Positions 21,784 to 24,000 of a stretch of DNA of 24,000 nt are shown in pieces; within the stretch, counting starts at the first letter, position 1, and each line of letters starts with the position of its first letter. Below the pieces are notes generated by a model. It saw only the letters and a program-made list of their open reading frames with translations. It did no database searches and was not told where the DNA came from. A program made the position numbers and the translations under genes. The stretch lies in assembly GCF_051094275.1 (NCBI RefSeq), contig NZ_CP070274.1, forward strand, positions 260,629-284,628, in the 5' to 3' direction. The stretch comes from a symbiont of Argiope bruennichi. Its GTDB lineage: Bacteria > Bacillota_I > Bacilli_A > Mycoplasmatales > SG1.

Positions 21784-21865
21784 GCCCAAGTGGCGGAATG
21801 GTAGACGCGCATGATTCAAAACCATGTGAATTTTCGTGCAGGTTCAAGTCCTGTCTTGGGCACCA
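21784..21865 (+). tRNA. trnL: tRNA-Leu (anticodon CAA), long variable arm, CCA encoded
   Basis: Acceptor GCCCAAG/CTTGGGC, anticodon stem CATGA/CCATG (A31-C39 mismatch), loop TTCAAAA, variable arm present. D-arm and T-arm are near-identical to the Leu-UAA gene. Confidence 0.85.
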
Positions 21866-21903
21866 TTTTTTGCCCTTATTAAAACAAAGAAAGCGATCTG
21901 TTT

Positions 21904-22653
21904 ATGGAAAAAAAGCTTTTAATAAGTGTTGAAAATCTTTCAAAAATTTATAAAAACAAACACGCTTTAAAAAATGTTAATTTAGAAATTTTTGAGGATG
22001 AAAAAATTGCAATTATTGGTAAGAATGGGGCAGGTAAAACAACTTTAGTTGAAATTTTATCTGGAATTAAACAACCAACATCTGGAAATATTAATCGCAC
22101 TTTTGGAAATACAAAAGTTGCTATTGCCAAAAACATTGGAATTCAATTTCAGGGTAATGATTATCCAAAACAACTAAAAGTTTCAGATATTATTAATTTT
22201 TATCGGGTAATTTACAAAGGAAATACTTTTATTACCGAAAATTTAAATGATCTTATTAAAAAATTTGAAATTGATGAATTTTTTAAGCAAAAAATTTATA
22301 AATTGTCTGGCGGTCAAAGACAAAGATTAAATGTTTTGGTAGCGTTACTACACAACCCAAAATGTTTAATTTTAGATGAGTTAACGACGGGATTAGACAT
22401 TGAGGCTTCAGAAAAAATAAAAATTTTCATTAAAGATTTAGTAAAAAATAATAAATGAACTTTAATTTTAATTTCTCATAATATTTTAGAATTAGAAGAC
22501 ATTTGTGAACGTTTTATTGTTGTTAAAGATGGGGAAATATTTTTGGATACTACCAAAGATAAATTAATTGAAGAATATGGATCAGTAAAAAACTACTGTG
22601 ATATTTACTTTAATATTGATGAAATTAAAAAAGAAAGTAATAAATTAAACTAA
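21904..22653 (+). CDS. ABC transporter ATP-binding protein
   Basis: ATG at 21904, one TGA (22456-22458), TAA at 22651-22653 (249 aa). Walker A GKNGAGKTT, signature LSGGQRQR, Walker B LILDELTTGLD, H-loop region ISHN. Confidence 0.9.
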
Positions 22654-22654
22654 A

Positions 22655-23527
22655 ATGCTTTTTTGACTTCAAAAAAACCATGCTTTATTTGTGTTAATGC
22701 TTAAAAACTGGTTAAGAAATTTTCAAGGCCCGTTTTTTGCTTTGGTTTTTCCTTTAATTTCAGTCTGAATTATGGGATCAATTGTGGTATCTTACACTAC
22801 TTCTAGTAGTGTGCCAGGGCAAGACAACCCACTTTCACATGTTTTTCTTTCAATTATTCCTTCATTTATTGCGTTAATTATTATTTCTGTCTGTATGTCT
22901 TCATTTACCAATCAGTTAATTGATTTTAAAACTTCAGTGATTATTAAAAGAATTGGTGTCTCACCAATTTCAAAAATTCACTTTTTTTTAGCCTCATATT
23001 GTTTTGCAATTTTTTTAAGTTTTATTTCAACCCTTTGAATTGTAAGTGTCATTGAAATTTTCTTTCATTCAGATATTTATTCTCAAGCAATTGTTGCCCA
23101 AGCCCACATGTTGCAAAATTTTAGTTCTTTTTTAATTTTTGCTTTAGGGTGACTTTTAGGAATTTTTGTGGCAACTTCAATTAGTTTTTGAGTTACTTCT
23201 ATTTCAAATTCTCAAGGAAAAGCAATTGGAATTATTATGTTGTTTTTCTTTCCAACCATGTTTTTATCAGGGGCACAACTGCCACCAAGTTTAATTGATC
23301 ATTCACCATCTTTAAAAATTGTTTCATATTTTATTCCTCAAAGATATGCAATTCAGGTTTTATATTCTGGATATTTTAGTAGTTCTTTTTTTGGCACTCC
23401 AAATGAAACAATTAAGGTAATTTATCAAAATTCACCAATTCATGCTTGACATGCCGCAATTATTGCACTTTCTTTTTCTTTATTACTTTCTACTTGAACT
23501 TTTTCAACTTGAAAATGGGAAAATTAA
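22655..23527 (+). CDS. ABC-2-type transporter permease
   Basis: ATG is 1 nt after the ATPase stop. Track ORFs 22772-23038 and 23237-23449 share frame 2 and join through TGA codons. TAA at 23525-23527 (290 aa). Multiple hydrophobic segments. Assigned from context and hydrophobicity, not from a specific motif. Confidence 0.7.
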
Positions 23528-24000
23528 TTTAAAATAACAATAATTTTGCAAGTGATATAAACACAAATCAAAAAACTTCAGGTTAAAAGTTTTTTGATAA
23601 TAATAATAACTTCAAAAAAATCAAAAAAGACTATGATAAAGGACAACTTGTCCAATTATAGTCTTTTTTTTTACTGAAAATAGATCACAAAAATAATTAA
23701 TTTGTCAAAGATTTAATTTAGTTTCTTCAATAAAAGAGGCAAGATCAAACAATTTAAAACTTCAGTGACAAGTATCAAAATCAATCAAAATAACTTTTTT
23801 TTTATTATTAATTAAAAAATTATTAATATGCAAATCACAATGCGATAAGACATTTTTTTTCTTTTTTAAAACACTTTTTCGAACTAAAAGAAATGTTTCT
23901 TTCATTTCTTGAATTCATTTTTGATCAAAAACAATATTTTCTAAAATAAAATCATCATTTCATTCATCAAAAAGCGATTCATTATCTTGTTTTTTTTTAA
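23483..24000 (-). CDS. choline/ethanolamine-kinase-like phosphotransferase (APH family); 5' end outside window
   Basis: Minus-strand frame is open from the window edge to TAA (complement of 23483-23485) under table 4. Catalytic loop LSHCDLHINNFL, then VILIDFDTCHWSFKLFDLASFIEE. A distal HSLFWFFWSYYYY..FFDLCLYHLQNY segment resembles the choline-kinase C-terminal pattern. Not in the ORF track. Confidence 0.65.

Noticed and set aside
21245-21932. ORFs 21245-21478 (-), 21662-21847 (-) and 21720-21932 (+).
   Set aside because: They overlap the tRNA array, whose GC-rich structured sequence is stop-poor. All are explained by eight well-folding tRNA genes.
21948-22136. Minus-strand 62-aa ORF.
   Set aside because: Antisense to the Walker A region of the ABC ATPase.
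23623-23672. The hairpin plus T-run as the true 3' end of the minus-strand kinase gene, with non-coding DNA beyond it.
   Set aside because: There is no TAA or TAG in frame until 23483. The residues past the hairpin resemble the conserved choline-kinase C-terminal region. I kept this as an embedded terminator finding instead.

Overview
This is a very AT-rich Mollicutes (Mycoplasma-type) chromosomal segment that must be read with translation table 4 (UGA = Trp). The supplied standard-code ORF track splits almost every gene at in-frame TGA codons. Once the fragments are rejoined the window is densely packed and almost entirely housekeeping.

Gene content, in order:
- thrS (5' partial), infC, rpmI, rplT
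- a roughly 4-kb block: an all-alpha NTP pyrophosphatase (dimeric-dUTPase-like), an M42 aminopeptidase, a previously uncalled minus-strand small membrane protein with a 15-bp tandem repeat, and a MATE-like transporter
- pheS, pheT, a second MATE-like transporter, rpmF
- a minimal division cluster (mraZ, rsmH, ftsA, ftsZ, sepF)
- ileS, lspA, an RluA-family pseudouridine synthase, dCMP deaminase
- an 8-gene tRNA array (Val, Thr, Tyr, Gln, Lys, Leu, Gly, Leu)
- an ABC ATPase plus ABC-2-type permease
- a convergent choline-kinase/APH-family phosphotransferase (5' end outside the window)

I found no mobile element, CRISPR array, prophage, toxin-antitoxin pair or recognisable defence system, and I do not think this window holds a large novel system.

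The observations most worth follow-up are modest:
- the hidden repeat-bearing 2-TM protein and the 384-bp non-coding gap next to it
- 10-bp-phased AGTGGAG direct repeats upstream of mraZ, a candidate MraZ operator
- an FtsA with a degenerate phosphate-2 loop
- a tRNA-Gln with C33/G37 in its anticodon loop
- a strong hairpin plus T-run terminator embedded inside a convergent, overlapping coding region
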